The notes below the pieces were generated by a model. The model was not told the origin of the DNA. It searched no databases and saw only the letters and a program-made list of their open reading frames with translations. The position numbers and the translations under genes were made by a program. This document shows, piece after piece, positions 46,243 through 58,400 of a stretch of DNA of 64,000 nucleotides. Origin of the DNA: Carpediemonas membranifera BICM (lineage: Eukaryota; Protista; Fornicata). Numbering within the stretch: the stretch's first letter is position 1; each line of letters starts with the position of its first letter. The DNA is taken from NCBI GenBank assembly GCA_019828565.1, contig JAHDYR010000046.1, positions 1 to 64,000 of the forward strand, read 5' to 3'.

Positions 46243-47431
46243 TCACTCTTGGTCATCCTCCTCATCACTCACCTCCTCGCGGATACTGACATCATCACGA
46301 GCCTCGTCATCCGCGAGTGTCAATGGCTCTGTAATAGCGCGGGCAGCGTTGGTATACTCACCGTTGAACTGTCGCTGGCCTCTCTGAATGCGAGGAAAGC
46401 AATTCACGCACACCGGAACACGACGAGAAGGACGCTTCAACATGTCAGTTCCAGTGTCAAAAACGGTGTCCGCGATATGATCCGGACAGAACCAGTTGGA
46501 ACAAAAGTAGCAGAGCATGCTGGGTCCATCCTTAATACTTCTACCACAGTCCGCTGCTTGGGTGGTCTCGGTTGGAGGTGTACGATGAAAGCACTCGTCG
46601 TTACCATTGATTGCCTTACAGTCATCGCAGATGGATATCTTCTGCTTATCGGCCCTGTTAGATGCCGGGTATGCCATTCGCTCCTCCAAGTAGCCACTGA
46701 CACAGCTATAATGGAAGTACCTCTCGCATTGTTGGCACTGCAGGGAGTTGTCGTCCTCAATCTTCAGCAGCAGATTCATCGGATCGTGACAGACCCCCAC
46801 AACACATGCGCAATGAGTTTCGTAGCTGCTGATAAGTGAAGTTGTCGAGTGCGTGGCGCCGGTTCATTCCTGTCTGGATAAGTGCCGTTGCCTGCGCCAC
46901 ACATGTGGAAAATTGGGAAGCGACTTGGTCGATGTGCGCTGCTTCCCGCTGTCTGTGTTCACTGGCCAGATTGTCACGAACAGTTACGACCGACTGAGGG
47001 GCGGGTTGAGACTGTTTCCGAGCCCTCTTGTCCTTCTTCTTCGAATAGGTCTGGAAGGGGATGCTGATGTAGCGCGAAACCGGAGGCTGCCATACCACAG
47101 TGCTAGTGGTACCTGATGCTGCCTGCAGGTTGTCCTGCAGCCTTGATAGGTTGATCTCGCCGAAGTCCTTGAGGAACACACCTTTGACCTTACCCTCGGT
47201 GTTGATCTGGTAAGACGAGGGGGCGAGTCCATCCAGAGCGTGGATAAGGGCATGACGAAGAGAACAAGCCATCGCTTGCTTCTTCTTGTAGAGAGCTCGG
47301 ATATCATCTGGCAGAATAGCCCAGCACACCTCTGAAACCGCAACAGGCATGGCTTGAGCACAATCGCGTTGAAAGTAGAATACTTCTTTTGCAATTGCAA
47401 TCAGGATTTCTCGTTTTTGGGTCTTTTCCAT
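46243..47431 (-). CDS. Tandem PHD-like zinc finger protein (frameshift near 46795)
   Basis: C(G)VC..CQQC..FHYSC..CDDC, then C..LCYFC..WFC..H..CVNC. Confidence 0.75.
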
Positions 47432-47885
47432 GATGCCTGTATGTGCACTTTAAGGTTGAAGATTGCTCACACAATTTGACTTTTTCTTTATCGAATGGGA
47501 TAAAGTTGAAGTAAATAAAGTACTATTCCGTTGCTAGGACAGCAAGGGGATGTTACAGTAGGAGTTTCAACACTTTTTGAGAGGATACCCCTCAGAGGTG
47601 ACAGTGCAACACCCGAAATTTTGTCTATACACGTCATATACAAGGTCTAATGCATCTTTGCCAACCACTTTTAGCGTTTGTATGTGTCAGACGATCGAGT
47701 TCTGAAGAGCGACTTTGGCCAAGTCATGCGACCTTATCCTGCACTGACGATACGAAAACCGATCATAAATATTTATTGAGACATCTGCATGCAGTATTAA
47801 TGTTTCCAGAGGTAGAACTAGGCTAGTAGAAGACTGTCACCCACTTTGGGGATGATCCGACGACATCGATCAAAATCAATCAAGG

Positions 47886-47945
47886 ATTCCGGGACTTGAT
47901 TCTGGGACTTTAAGTCCCGGTTAGAGTACCGGAAAACGCAGCATG
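47886..47945 (-). repeat. Right TIR
   Basis: Reverse complement of 26119-26177. Confidence 0.92.
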
Positions 47946-50900
47946 CAGCCGCGCGTTCGCGAGCAGCTTGGGCTTGTGTCAGCCAATCCACGATGGCTCT
48001 GCACTGCCACTTCCAATTGGCAACGAAAACCCGGTCCACGAGACGATCCTTGGCCGCGTTGTCCAGCAGCTTCATCTCGACCAGCCTCTCTGGCCAGGGC
48101 ACACCGCCAGCCTTCCAGGGCGCGCAACGGCCGCTCGAACTGACAACAGCAGGCACCATATCAACGTTGAAGTGCTGATACTGCTTCACCTTATCAGCCC
48201 GCGCGTCGGAGACGTAGTCCGAGCAGACGATGTCAATGACGGGTTTCACACCGCCCTCGTCGGGCCTGACTTCGACGTCCATGCGCACTCTGTACGGCCG
48301 CAAAGGATGCTTCGCCTCTGCAGACTTCGGCGTCAGCCACCTCTCAGGCCTGGCTGCCACGCCCTCCTCCTTGAGGGTCCTGATCACTTCGTCCCGGATG
48401 GCGTCATGCCGCTGCACCTTTGCGTCACCGCGTAGGCACGGGCACACCACCGCGTGCGACCAGCCCTTCATAGCCACAGTACGACTGTGCTTCTCAGAGC
48501 AGATCGGGCACACTCCAGCCGCGTCGCTAAAGGCGGGCCGGCCCAGGTGGTCGGCGATCATGGCCCGGTCGACCTCGTGGCGGTTCGACTGCCTCGTGAC
48601 AGAGACTGGGTCGGACTTGAGCATAGCGCTGATGATGTTGGGCGCGACGACGCTGTCCTTCACCGCAGGGTTGGTGTTGAAATTATGTTCCTTCAACAGG
48701 CACACCAACTCGTGCTGCGGCTTGTCCTTGCCGACCGCCTTCAGCGCTGCCTCATCCTTGGGCCAATCCTTCACGTTGGCGCCCAGCGCGAGGACCTTAT
48801 CCAGGTCGGGCCGGCTGAGGCCAAACTCCAGCAGATGCCGGGAGGCCCCCAGGTAGGCGGGAGCCCAGACATCGAGCGGCATCGGCAAGCCGAGACCGCC
48901 CGCGTGCACCGGCAGCCCTAGCCGCCGGCAGAACTTCTTCATCTCTTCCGCATCGGTGATCTTGTCTTGCAGGATGTCCAAGACGGCTGGGGCAATACAC
49001 TGCCGTTCAAAGACGGCCGTCTTGCCCAGCAAATTGCCCTGGCCTGTGGTAGACTTGATCGTGGGGAGAACGTTGCGGTAGAAATGTATGGGGATGGTGA
49101 GCGCAGACACCCTGACGATCGTCAGAGCCACCGCCGTGGCCTTCGACCCGATCTCCCGGCAGAGCTCCTTGGCGGCGTCGAGCACGGCCTTCACCTTCTT
49201 CAGGATCTTGGTACAGCACTCAACGTGGAAGGCTGAGGAGACGGAGATGGGGATACCCACCAGCTTGAAAGACTGCGCCCGCGTCACCTGGTCCGAAGCG
49301 TTGTTGTCGTCCCGCGACTCGCGATGAGCGACCGCACACTTGGACCGGTTCAACGGCATCCCAACACTCGCAAAGAGCTGCTCCGACCGAGAGACGAATG
49401 AATTCGCCTTCCGGCCCGTCTCGTAGTCTTGCAGGGGGCTCGGGATGGACGCAGAAACGTCATCCTGGTATCCGCGAACAGTGAAGTCCGGGAATTCCCC
49501 GCGCAACTGCGTCAGCAGAGGGAACATGCCCAGCGAGAAGAGGAGTGGGGAGAGAGGATCACCCTGGTGGATGCCCTCCTCCGAGGCCCACACCTCGCCA
49601 GTCGTCGTCAGCAGCAAGCCGCTGGCGTACATTCGGCGGAGGTAGGGGCCGAGTACGGGAATATATGCCTCGACCACCTTCACGAGATAATCTCGGGACA
49701 TCGTGCCATACGCGTTGGACATGTCCAACGTCACGATGGTGCTCCCGTTCATGTACTCGTTCAGCGTGGCCGTCGCCAGCCGCTCCAGGCCGGCTGATTC
49801 GCCAAGCCCGAATTGGTCCCCCATCAACTCATCCTCGACGACAAGCCTTGGGAAGACGACTGTTGCGGCGACCTTAGCCGCCAGCCGGCGCAGCACCTCG
49901 CCTATTGCGACAGGGCGGACCCCACCGCAATCCTTCGGCACCGGCACCAGGATCGCGTGTGCGAAGATCGACGTGTACTCCTCACCGTCCAGGATGTCCT
50001 GCAAGACAGGCTCCAAGGCGGCTACGAGGTCTCCACGCCTCACGCTCGCGGCAATGCGCAGGTGTAGCGCTGACAGGCCCGACGGTCCAGGGGCGGATTC
50101 CGGCGAAAGGCTCATGAGTGCGGCCTTGATCTGCTTGCGCGAGACCGTGATGGCACTGAGCGGGTTCGCCGGCACGTCGGGGAGGGAGATGTTCGGCACA
50201 AGCCCTGTCGGAGAAGACAGCTTCTCCTTCAGAGACTGATTGATCTCGTCAGGCGTGAGGGTCGTCTCCGACCCCGTGATCGTTGTCACTGCCTTGGAGA
50301 TGAAGCCACGTATGGCCAAGTTCCACGCGCGCCTTGTGCGGTTGGCTCTCGGCCTGCGAGCCGAGACCTTCGGGGGTGCGTACAAGGTCTGCGCGTACGA
50401 GCACAGTCTCGCGGCGGCAGCAAGTTTGGCGTCCGTGCCTTCGGCGTCGGCGATTGCCTTCAGGCGGCTGATCAAGCCCTCCGCGAACCCGGCGCGACGG
50501 CGCTTGGGTGGGGCGAGCTTACCCAGGAAGAGGGCCTTCGCTGGGTCGAGGAAACAGTCTGGGCGGACGGGGGCCGTCGCTCTGCGCTGATTGAACTCTG
50601 GCGTCTGGGACGCGTCGAGTGTAACGCTGGACGGGCCCTCGCTTGCCTGGCTTGCTGGGCGTTGAGGGGTCTGACTCGGAGCCGGCGGTTGGCTCGGAAT
50701 CGGCGGGCGGGGGACGGGGGCAGACTGAGTCTGGGGTGAAGGGCTGAGGGCGCGGGCGGTGTCGTTTGACCCAACAGGCGCACCAGCGATCCGGGCGACC
50801 GTCCTCACGACTTCGGCTGCATGAGCAGGCGCTGTATCGATCATTGTCATGCGAGACTTCGTGACGTTGGGCGCATTGCGACCCTCGTATGCCACGGCAA

Positions 50901-51222
50901 CTGCACGAATTCTGTCGAGGATCTCCCGCAGTTTTGCGAGAGTCAGACGTTTGTTCTTACGGGACTTCCCGTCTCCAAGCCAAGTTCTAACGTTTGCTTC
51001 GTTCTGCAAAGCGTCAAATAGTTCCTGATTACTGTTGAAGTCGTTCACGACCTCATCAGGGACGTATTGTGCGAAATTTTTGCGGATTTCGGAGATAACG
51101 TGGAGAAGCTCCTCCTGGATCCCTAATGTACCACCAGGCACATCAGGAGACCTTGTGAAGATGATTCTCCCACCTCCTTCTTGTGATCGTCGGTGATCTA
51201 CCGACATTCTCTGATGCTGCAT
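47946..51222 (-). CDS. CRE-like RT-RLE protein, copy 2; open frame with its last codons displaced by the giant transposon
   Basis: ORF 47818-51222 matches copy 1 up to RERAAA, then reads into the TIR. Confidence 0.92.
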
Positions 51223-51486
51223 CGCTCGAATTTATTACGGTTCGTCAACACGTTCAGTCTGCCAGCTAGCTGTCCTAGCCTCTAGACATACTTGCTCTAC
51301 CCAACGGGGATATCCCACCGGCAACGAGCATAGTGGAATGGCTTGCAGGCACGCTTGCGAGCCCAAACCGACCGTCTCCTCGAGAGACCGCGTCAAAGAA
51401 TGTCTGTTGTGGCTTACATCTGCCGTTGTAACGCGTGTCAGCCCCACCCTACCTAGCTCTCCCAGCCACTAGCTCCCGTCAGAGAT

Positions 51487-52700
51487 TTAAAGTGGTGGTT
51501 GGAGAAGGATGGAGGCCAGGTGTCCCTGGACCCCCGGGTGTGTGCGGACCCCGTTGCCCATATATCTCAGCATGCTTTTCGTGGAGGCCCACGTCCCCAT
51601 GGACAGGAGGACTTCGGTACTCGTGTGAGCTAAAGCCAACTCCGTGGTGGCGCCCTTGCGGAATGAGTGCCACGAAAAGTCGGTGCCGTACGCCTGGTGG
51701 ATCCAGTGGCGGAGGGTTGACGCCGGTAGCGGCTTCGATAGTGAAATACCACCGGTTGAGGTGATCGCCCGCCAGATGAGGTCGTCGTCGCGGCGCGTTG
51801 CCGTGGGGACCCATGCCTTCAGGGCCCTTGCTGGGTTAAAGCGGGCCCACGATTGGTTTGGTACCAGCTTGGGGACGCCTGTGGCAGTCTTAGTTCTCGC
51901 GAACAGAAGGAGGGCATTGCCATCAGCGTCGAACTCGACGTCTCTTCGTCTGAGCCCAAAGATCTCTGCGCCTCTACTCACGGTGATAAAGCAGAGAGCA
52001 GAAAAGAGGGCGGCCTGGAAGGCTTGGGGTGACTTCCGACGTCTGTCTATGACCCTGCGGACTCTCGCGGACGTGACAGGCTTCGCACCCCCGGTCAGGC
52101 CTTCTACAGAGGCGACGTTCCGGGCGGCGGCGATTATCTGCTTGGCAGCGGTCGGGGGCGCCAGTCAGACACGAGTGGGGCGGCCTCGCAAATCCAGTAG
52201 CCTTTCCTGTGTATCGACTGTGGGCCCGACGTGGTACCCTCGGTCAGAAGGAACTCTTGGAGCTGTTGCGCGTGTGAGTGGCTCGCGTTGCGGGATTGGA
52301 GGAATTTGGCGACCCAGCCCGCTGCTGTGCGGCGCGACGATTCGTTTCTGAAATGTGATAGTCGGTCGTCAGCGAGGAGGGCTTGGAACGGGTCCTCAGG
52401 ATAAGCGCCACGAAGCGGATCTTGCCCTTGTCTGTCGCTGTCCAGGCTAGCTCGGACTGCAGGAGGTGTTTCGCCTGGACTCTGAGGTACAACTTGAGGG
52501 GTGTCAAACGTTTGATGGCTCGGACCTCGGGCGAGTTGAGGTCCGGGCACAGGACTATCGCCGCTGATCTCCAGTGTCGAGGGTTCCCAGTCTGGGTCGA
52601 GGCACGTATTGTCTGGAGGCGACGACACGTCACTCCAAGAAGGGCTATAGGAGGAGCTATATAAATCCTGACTCCCCTCCAGTCCATCTGGAAGCCGTTG
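51487..52700 (-). CDS. Tyrosine recombinase of element E (frameshifted; start approximate)
   Basis: ORF 51487-51981 carries the catalytic motifs; N-part in the end of ORF 52134-54251. Confidence 0.87.
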
Positions 52701-54292
52701 TCGTGGATTGACCAGGCTATTTCTGCAAAAGCCTGGTAAGGCCAGAACCTTGTCGGGGCGTGCTGTGACGTCGATCTCGACCGGCCCCAACTTGCGCATG
52801 ATGGTTTCCAAGACTTCTCGGGGTGACGACCAGTCGAGCTTGGCGAACCTGGAGAGCCTGTCCGCCTGGACGTTCAGGTGTCCGGCAATATGGAAGCAGT
52901 GGACGTCGAGGCGCTTGGTTTCTGCCGTGTTGTAGATGTCCTGTAGGATCTGGTGTGCGGCTGGGGGAGGTTCGGCGATCCCCGTCTGTTTACCCAGCTG
53001 ATGGCAGCTGAGTTGTCGGCAAAGACTGTGAGAGAGGAGCGTGACTCCTGCTGGGGCACGAGATTGATCGCCTGAGCGATCGCGAAGAGCTCCTTGACGC
53101 CGATGTGTTCCCCCTTGAGATGAGGGGGAAGGCACCCTGTGATGCCGCTCCCTTCTCCCCATTGAACAGGCATGCTCCCCAGCCGGACGTTGATGCGTCT
53201 GAGGTGACAGAAATCTGGAGCGTATCGCGTATTTCCCAGTCCGCTCTTGCTTCGGCGAACCTCTTGGGTGGGCGATCGCGGAGGAGGACTTGCCACGCCG
53301 CCAGCTGCCTGCGGATTTGGCTGGAGAGGTGGACGGTCTCCGTTGTAGGGGGTGGCCTGCAGTGGTCTGAGTGCGAGGCGGGCGAACTGTGTGGTCCCTG
53401 CGAAGAATGACAGACGGCCTAGGAGCTTCTGCCAGTCTGAAGCTGTGATGGACCCGACCCGGAGGGCCTTGGCGATCGTGGCCGTGTAGGTCTCGGCCTT
53501 GTCTTTTGAGATTCTTAGGGACTCGCTTGCGGTGTCTATGTGGACACCTAGGTAGTCTACCTGCTGGGTCGGCGTGAGGACGCACTTGTTGAGGCCCGGT
53601 ATCGCCCCCAGCGATAGCATGAGGTCGATGATCTGCGGGGTGACCGAAGCTAGGTACGATGGGGAGGCATGGGACACTAAGAAGTCGTCGAGATAGACCG
53701 CGATGGTCACCCCGAACCTGTGTGTGATGATCTTTGCAAGCTGTATGGTCGTGCTCTGGAACACGTACGGCGCCGCTGTCCATCCGAAGCCGAGTGTGTT
53801 GTACCTGAATGCGCGGCCGTCCGGTAGGACCACGCCTAGGAGGGGGGAGTCTCGCGAGGCGACGCCAAGTTGGTGGTATCCCGATGCTAGGTCTATCTTG
53901 ATCATGTAGTCGTTCTTGTGCAGATTGCGGACCGCCCTTCTGATGCCGAACAGACGAAACACCCTCAGCTCTGCTGTCAACTCGTTCAGGGCTCGGAGGT
54001 CGTGCACGGGGCGGACATCGTCTTTGCCCTTCGACACCGCGAACAGGGGTGCGCTGTGACGCAGTTCGTCTATCGGGCACGGGAAGAGGACGCCCTTGGC
54101 GACTAGCTCTTCGATCTTCGGGAGTAGGCGGGGGTCCACTCGCCTTTGCGGTTCTGGTGGAGGGGGCGCAGAGGTGAGGTGGATAGGGACGCCATCCCGC
54201 AGCCAGCTTACTACCTCGGGGGAGGCACCGAGTCTTGCCCACACCGGCCACTTTTTGTTCATTGACGGGAACTGAACTGAAGTCTGTGGCAA
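52244..54292 (-). CDS. pol: RT-RNase H-MT Pol of element E (frameshifted)
   Basis: ORFs 52874-54292, 52134-54251 and 52244-52687. Confidence 0.88.
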
Positions 54293-54295
54293 GGG

Positions 54296-54823
54296 CTACT
54301 TCTTGTGCTTCTTGTGAAACCCCCCTTTGTTCTGGGGCTGGTCCTTCCTCTTACCCTTGGCTCTGGCTTTTGGCTGCGCAGTAGGAGATGGCACGGGGGT
54401 TTTGGTCTGGGACGTGTTGAACAAGTCGAGAAACAGTTCGCAGGTTGCGTCCGACCAGTTGTCGTCCTTGAGGTCCAGAAGGGTACGGCGTGCTTGGAGT
54501 TCCACCAGGAGTCTTGCTTTGAGCGGCTCGTCGTCGAGGGCGTTGACGATCACCATCACGCGGCGAAGCCACTTTGCTTCCGCCTTAAGTGGTCTCTTTG
54601 TCGGAAGCTCGCCGTATGCATCCATCTCTGCCAGTGTTTGGTCAATATCCGCTTCATCTTGTTCAGGGAAGAAATCAATTTGGGATTCCTTCGGCGGCTC
54701 GGTCTCGGGCGGCGGAGGAGGCGGATTAAGCTTTGCAAGCTGTTGCGAGATGGTAGCGATTGAGGATTCTAGGTTATTGAGCCTCGTTGCCGTCGGATCT
54801 GGATGTTCCGAATTTTCTACCAT
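54296..54823 (-). CDS. gag: Gag-like ORF1 of element E
   Basis: Homologous to element D ORF1. Confidence 0.75.
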   Translation of the reverse strand: MVENSEHPDPTATRLNNLESSIATISQQLAKLNPPPPPPETEPPKESQIDFFPEQDEADIDQTLAEMDAYGELPTKRPLKAEAKWLRRVMVIVNALDDEPLKARLLVELQARRTLLDLKDDNWSDATCELFLDLFNTSQTKTPVPSPTAQPKARAKGKRKDQPQNKGGFHKKHKK

Positions 54824-54936
54824 TCTGCCCGCATAAACTGCGCGGCTCGCCTGGTCGGCGCATCACCATGCCGGAGCGAGGCGATCTCATTGCCCTCCGC
54901 TCACGGCCCGTTACCCGAGGTAACCTGTCAGCGCGA

Positions 54937-55478
54937 TGTAACGCCAGATTTTGCTGGCCACACAACATATACACTCTTACCCAGAGCGCGACACTCCCGG
55001 AATCAGCAGGGGCTAAACCTCGCGTATTCCGGTAGTGAAGGGCCGTGACTAAGTCACCCACTGAGGTCAAGAACAGAACATGCACAGAACAAGGGTACGC
55101 TAACAACAATATCAGAAATAGGAAACATAAAGTACCCAAGCAAACAGATAATCAGATGTCAGACAAATCCACACAGTGGTTGTGTCAGTCAGTACAATTT
55201 AAGAACATTTATGGATTGACTTCGACACCCCTGTGTCGAAGTCTATTCTCCCAGTAAAACAGGTATAGTCAAACCACAGTAATATTACTTCAAATGACTG
55301 AAAACGGCCCGTCAGTGAACGAGCCAAGCATTAGTGCCATTCTGGCATTTCACGAAAAGCTAACGAGACATGTTCAGGCGGGTGGAAAGCGCCGCCTCAT
55401 TAAGCGCTTAGGCCCTGCAGTTCTAACATTCTGCAGTTCATCGGGTGTTGATGTTAAGCAGGTGTACCGCCGCGCGAG
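54937..55478 (+). mobile_element. Ty3/gypsy family 3, 5' fragment (LTR 54937-55278 and gag start at 55294)
   Basis: TGTA...CCACA, then the same GTAATATTAC leader; RHVQAGGKRRLIKRL resembles family-1 AYRAKGGTIAIKHL. Confidence 0.65.
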
Positions 55479-58400
55479 GAGTTTTTTTGAGTTTTTGAGT
55501 TTATTTTTTGATACAGTGCCGGGGTGTCCACCTCCAGGCACTGGCCACAACCCGAGCCAGACGAGCGGTGATCAGCCGCAGGAGGGCAACGGTTCTCATA
55601 ACATTGGAAGCCAGAGCTGCGGCGCCCAAGAAAGAAAGAAATTTATGGTGCTTGGATTCTGACCCCGGACTGAGCTTGTTTCCCGTTGTCTTGGAGCTGA
55701 GTGCCCCGGGGTACTGCCTATTTCCCGTGGCAAACTGGTCAGCAGCGTTTGCCTTGGGCTTTCGGTGCTACTGTCTCCGCGGAAAGCCGATTCCAATCGC
55801 CCCAGAGGCCCTGCGGCCATCTCCGTGCAAATATGCTTTCATGTCTCCCTGAAAGTCCGGCAACTATCCGGGGAGCCTGGGGGTCTGTCCTCGGGGCATT
55901 GACAGGCAGGATCGTCCTGCAGAACCTTGACTATGACACTCCTTGCTTCCCTGCAGTCCTTGTAGAGCCGTTCAGCCACGGCACCCTCTCGTCTGTCCGG
56001 TTCCCCAATTCCATGCCCCCTCGACTCTGTTAAGAAGCCTACCCGAAGGCGGGGAAAGTGACTAAGTCCATGCTGTCTACCCCGGTTAGGTGGCGTGGGT
56101 CAGGGGCATGGGTGGTGTACCCCAGGCACTAGGCCTGGTTGTCCTGTTACCCCCTTACAACATTTCGCTTGCACTACATGTCCTTGGTTTCCCATGTCGT
56201 TAACAAGGGCGGCAGGGGCACCTGTGCCCCTCCGACCCCCGTGGCCAGTCCCTGCAGTTTCCTTGGGGTCCCAACGAGTGGTGCAACCATATGAATATGG
56301 ATTTCCTTGACCTTATCCTTGCTCTGTCCTTGTCGCATGTCCTTTCTTTCTTATTTCTGGTCTGTCCTTCCTGTTCTTTCCTTGCAGTCGTTCCTTCCCT
56401 TGCTTTGGTTCCTGGCTACCGGGATACGTGGGGCCTTTTCCTCACTGATCCCAGGAGCTTAGCACCAGCGAGGGTGGTCCATGGCTGATTCCTTGTCCAT
56501 CCCTTCCCGGTCCTGGAGTCAGGGGGTTCATGAAATGCTTCTATTCCACCTTGAAGCTGTTGTAAACCTTTGCCAGTTCCCGTAGTCCTGCCGTGAGGCC
56601 TTCCCAAATGTCCTCCGAGCCCCATATTATTAGTTGCTGTAATTCTAGGATGGGTCTTTCCTGGTACCATTCGCCCTGGGGGCCCTGCCTTACTTCCAAG
56701 TCCTTAGTTTTGTGCTTCGCTGCTGTCCACAGCTTTGTCCAAGCTTCTCCCCTGTCTACTGCCGGGCATTCACAGATTATGTGCGCTGCCGATCCTAGCC
56801 TCTGGCCCTCTGCCCACTCCCTGATCATTTCCTGCTTCCTTGCTGGTCCTGGCTTTTTCCCTAATGATCCTGTAGAACAGGCTCACCTCCGACTCCTCCG
56901 AGCATAGGGGGCATAGTCTGCTAATTTCTCTCTTCAGGTCAGCGCCTTGGGCCAGCTCTGTGATGGCTCTCATAGGGCCCTCCCCTCTCTCTGCCGACGA
57001 TGGGGATGGGCTGACATTGGCTGCAATGGATACAATTCTCTTCCATTCCGCCCTGCTTTGCCCCTTCCCAGCCTTTCGGTCTACCGTAGGCTTACCTTGC
57101 AGACACTTGCTTAATTTCCTTGTCCCCATGATTTCCATTAGTCCTAGTGCCGTACGGCTTTTGCACCGCTTCATCCACCCCCTCCTGATCGTTTCCATGC
57201 CATAATCCGGTCTAGTAGCGCTGGTTTAGGGGCTCCCTCTCTGGTGCCCTCCAGTAGATGCTGCACTCTCTCCCGAGCTTCCCACATAACCGTGCCCCGC
57301 CCCCATTCTCTGTTTCTGACTGGTATATCCTGGTCCCTGTAGTTGACTATCCTTTTGACTGCCAGCCATTCCATGTGTGCCTGGAGGTCCACCCATCCAT
57401 TCATCAGCCTCATGGCTGCGCCCCCTCCCGGTCCTGTTCCTGCCATGATTCCCTGCCAGTCATTCCAGATCCTTCTACCTCCCGGTGCGTTCCCCCACAC
57501 CTCGACTCCGAAGAGGATCCTGGGCCATATATATATTTCCAGTAGTAGCCTGCTCGCTAGTGCTGGCATGTTTGCCCTGGTCCACCCTGCCCATCTCACC
57601 AGTCTCTTGTACCTTTCGCTCTGCTCCTGTTTCCGCCTTATGCAGGCCGACATAGGGTCCTTCCCACTTGCGATCCATAATCCCAGGTATCTCGCCTCCT
57701 TCTCTGGCAGTAGTGTTACCCCCTCGATCCTGACTAGGGCTGTTCTGTCCACGCTAATCATTACATTCTTCTGGGCGTTCACCCTCATTTCATGCTCTCT
57801 GATTATGTCCACCATTATGTTGGCGACCATCTGGCTATGCTCCGGTTTGCTCCCTGTGACCGCAGTGTCATCCACAAACATGGTAAGTGCTGCCGGTAGT
57901 CGGTCGCTGAGGTGGCTCGTGGTCCTTGGCGGTTCTCTGATGTCGTACCGTTCTCCCTTGATTTTCTTTCTGGCCAGGTGGGGCCAGTTAGCCATGAACA
58001 GCACAAACAGTGTCGGTGCCAGGACGCACCCTTGCTTAACTCCCCTGTTGGTTCTTTCCCATGCCTTTTGCCCCCTTGACTGATATCCAGGTTTCCTTCA
58101 TTGTGCCTTGAATTGCCCTGATCAAGTGCTCCTCCACCCCCATACCCTGTAGCTTATCCATGAGAATGTCCCTTGGTACCGTGTCATATGCCTTCTCGAT
58201 GTCCAGAAAGATTGACGTGGTCTCACCCCCTCCTGGTGCCGCTGCACAATGTACTGTATCTGCTGGATGACGTCCCTGTCTGACTGGAAACCAGCCTGTT
58301 CTCTTGGTATGAACCTTTTCGTTGCTGCTTCCAGACGTATCTTGAGCAATCTACCATAGACCCTGTACAGCAGTGCTGTCAAGGATATTGGTCTATATGA

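Larger units (their letters stand above)
26119..47945. mobile_element. Giant (21,827 bp) cargo-carrying CMC-like DNA transposon
   Basis: ~60-bp TIRs with 5 mismatches and 1 indel; 2-bp TSD CA (26117-18, 47946-47); the empty site is visible in CRE copy 1 at ~18741-18760; DDE transposase inside. Confidence 0.92.
22037..51216 (-). mobile_element. CRE-like element copy 2, expanded by nested YR element D and the giant DNA transposon
   Basis: 3' UTR at 22037-26118 and ORF at 47946-51222 are collinear with copy 1; flanked by the 17-mer at 22020 and 51217. Confidence 0.88.
51256..54936 (-). mobile_element. YR retrotransposon E (gag, RT/RH/MT, YR); ends approximate
   Basis: IDLASGYHQ, YLDD, HIAGHLNVQADRLSR, APPI; YR SRGAE, HSFRKG, GTW, RY. 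Confidence 0.9.

Noticed and set aside
46084-46839. Long antisense or overlapping ORFs (e.g. 46084+, 5910-, 15423-, 23613-, 32088+)
   Set aside because: Shadow frames of GC-rich coding sequence without their own motifs
26119-47945. Polinton, virophage or endogenous giant virus
   Set aside because: No DNA polymerase B, packaging ATPase or capsid motifs seen; the 2-bp TSD and DDE ORF fit a cut-and-paste transposon
18253-51233. tRNA 3'-end duplication as a phage-like attL/attR made by a YR
   Set aside because: The 17-mers bound the CRE elements exactly; the YR element has its own TCG junctions inside the CRE UTR
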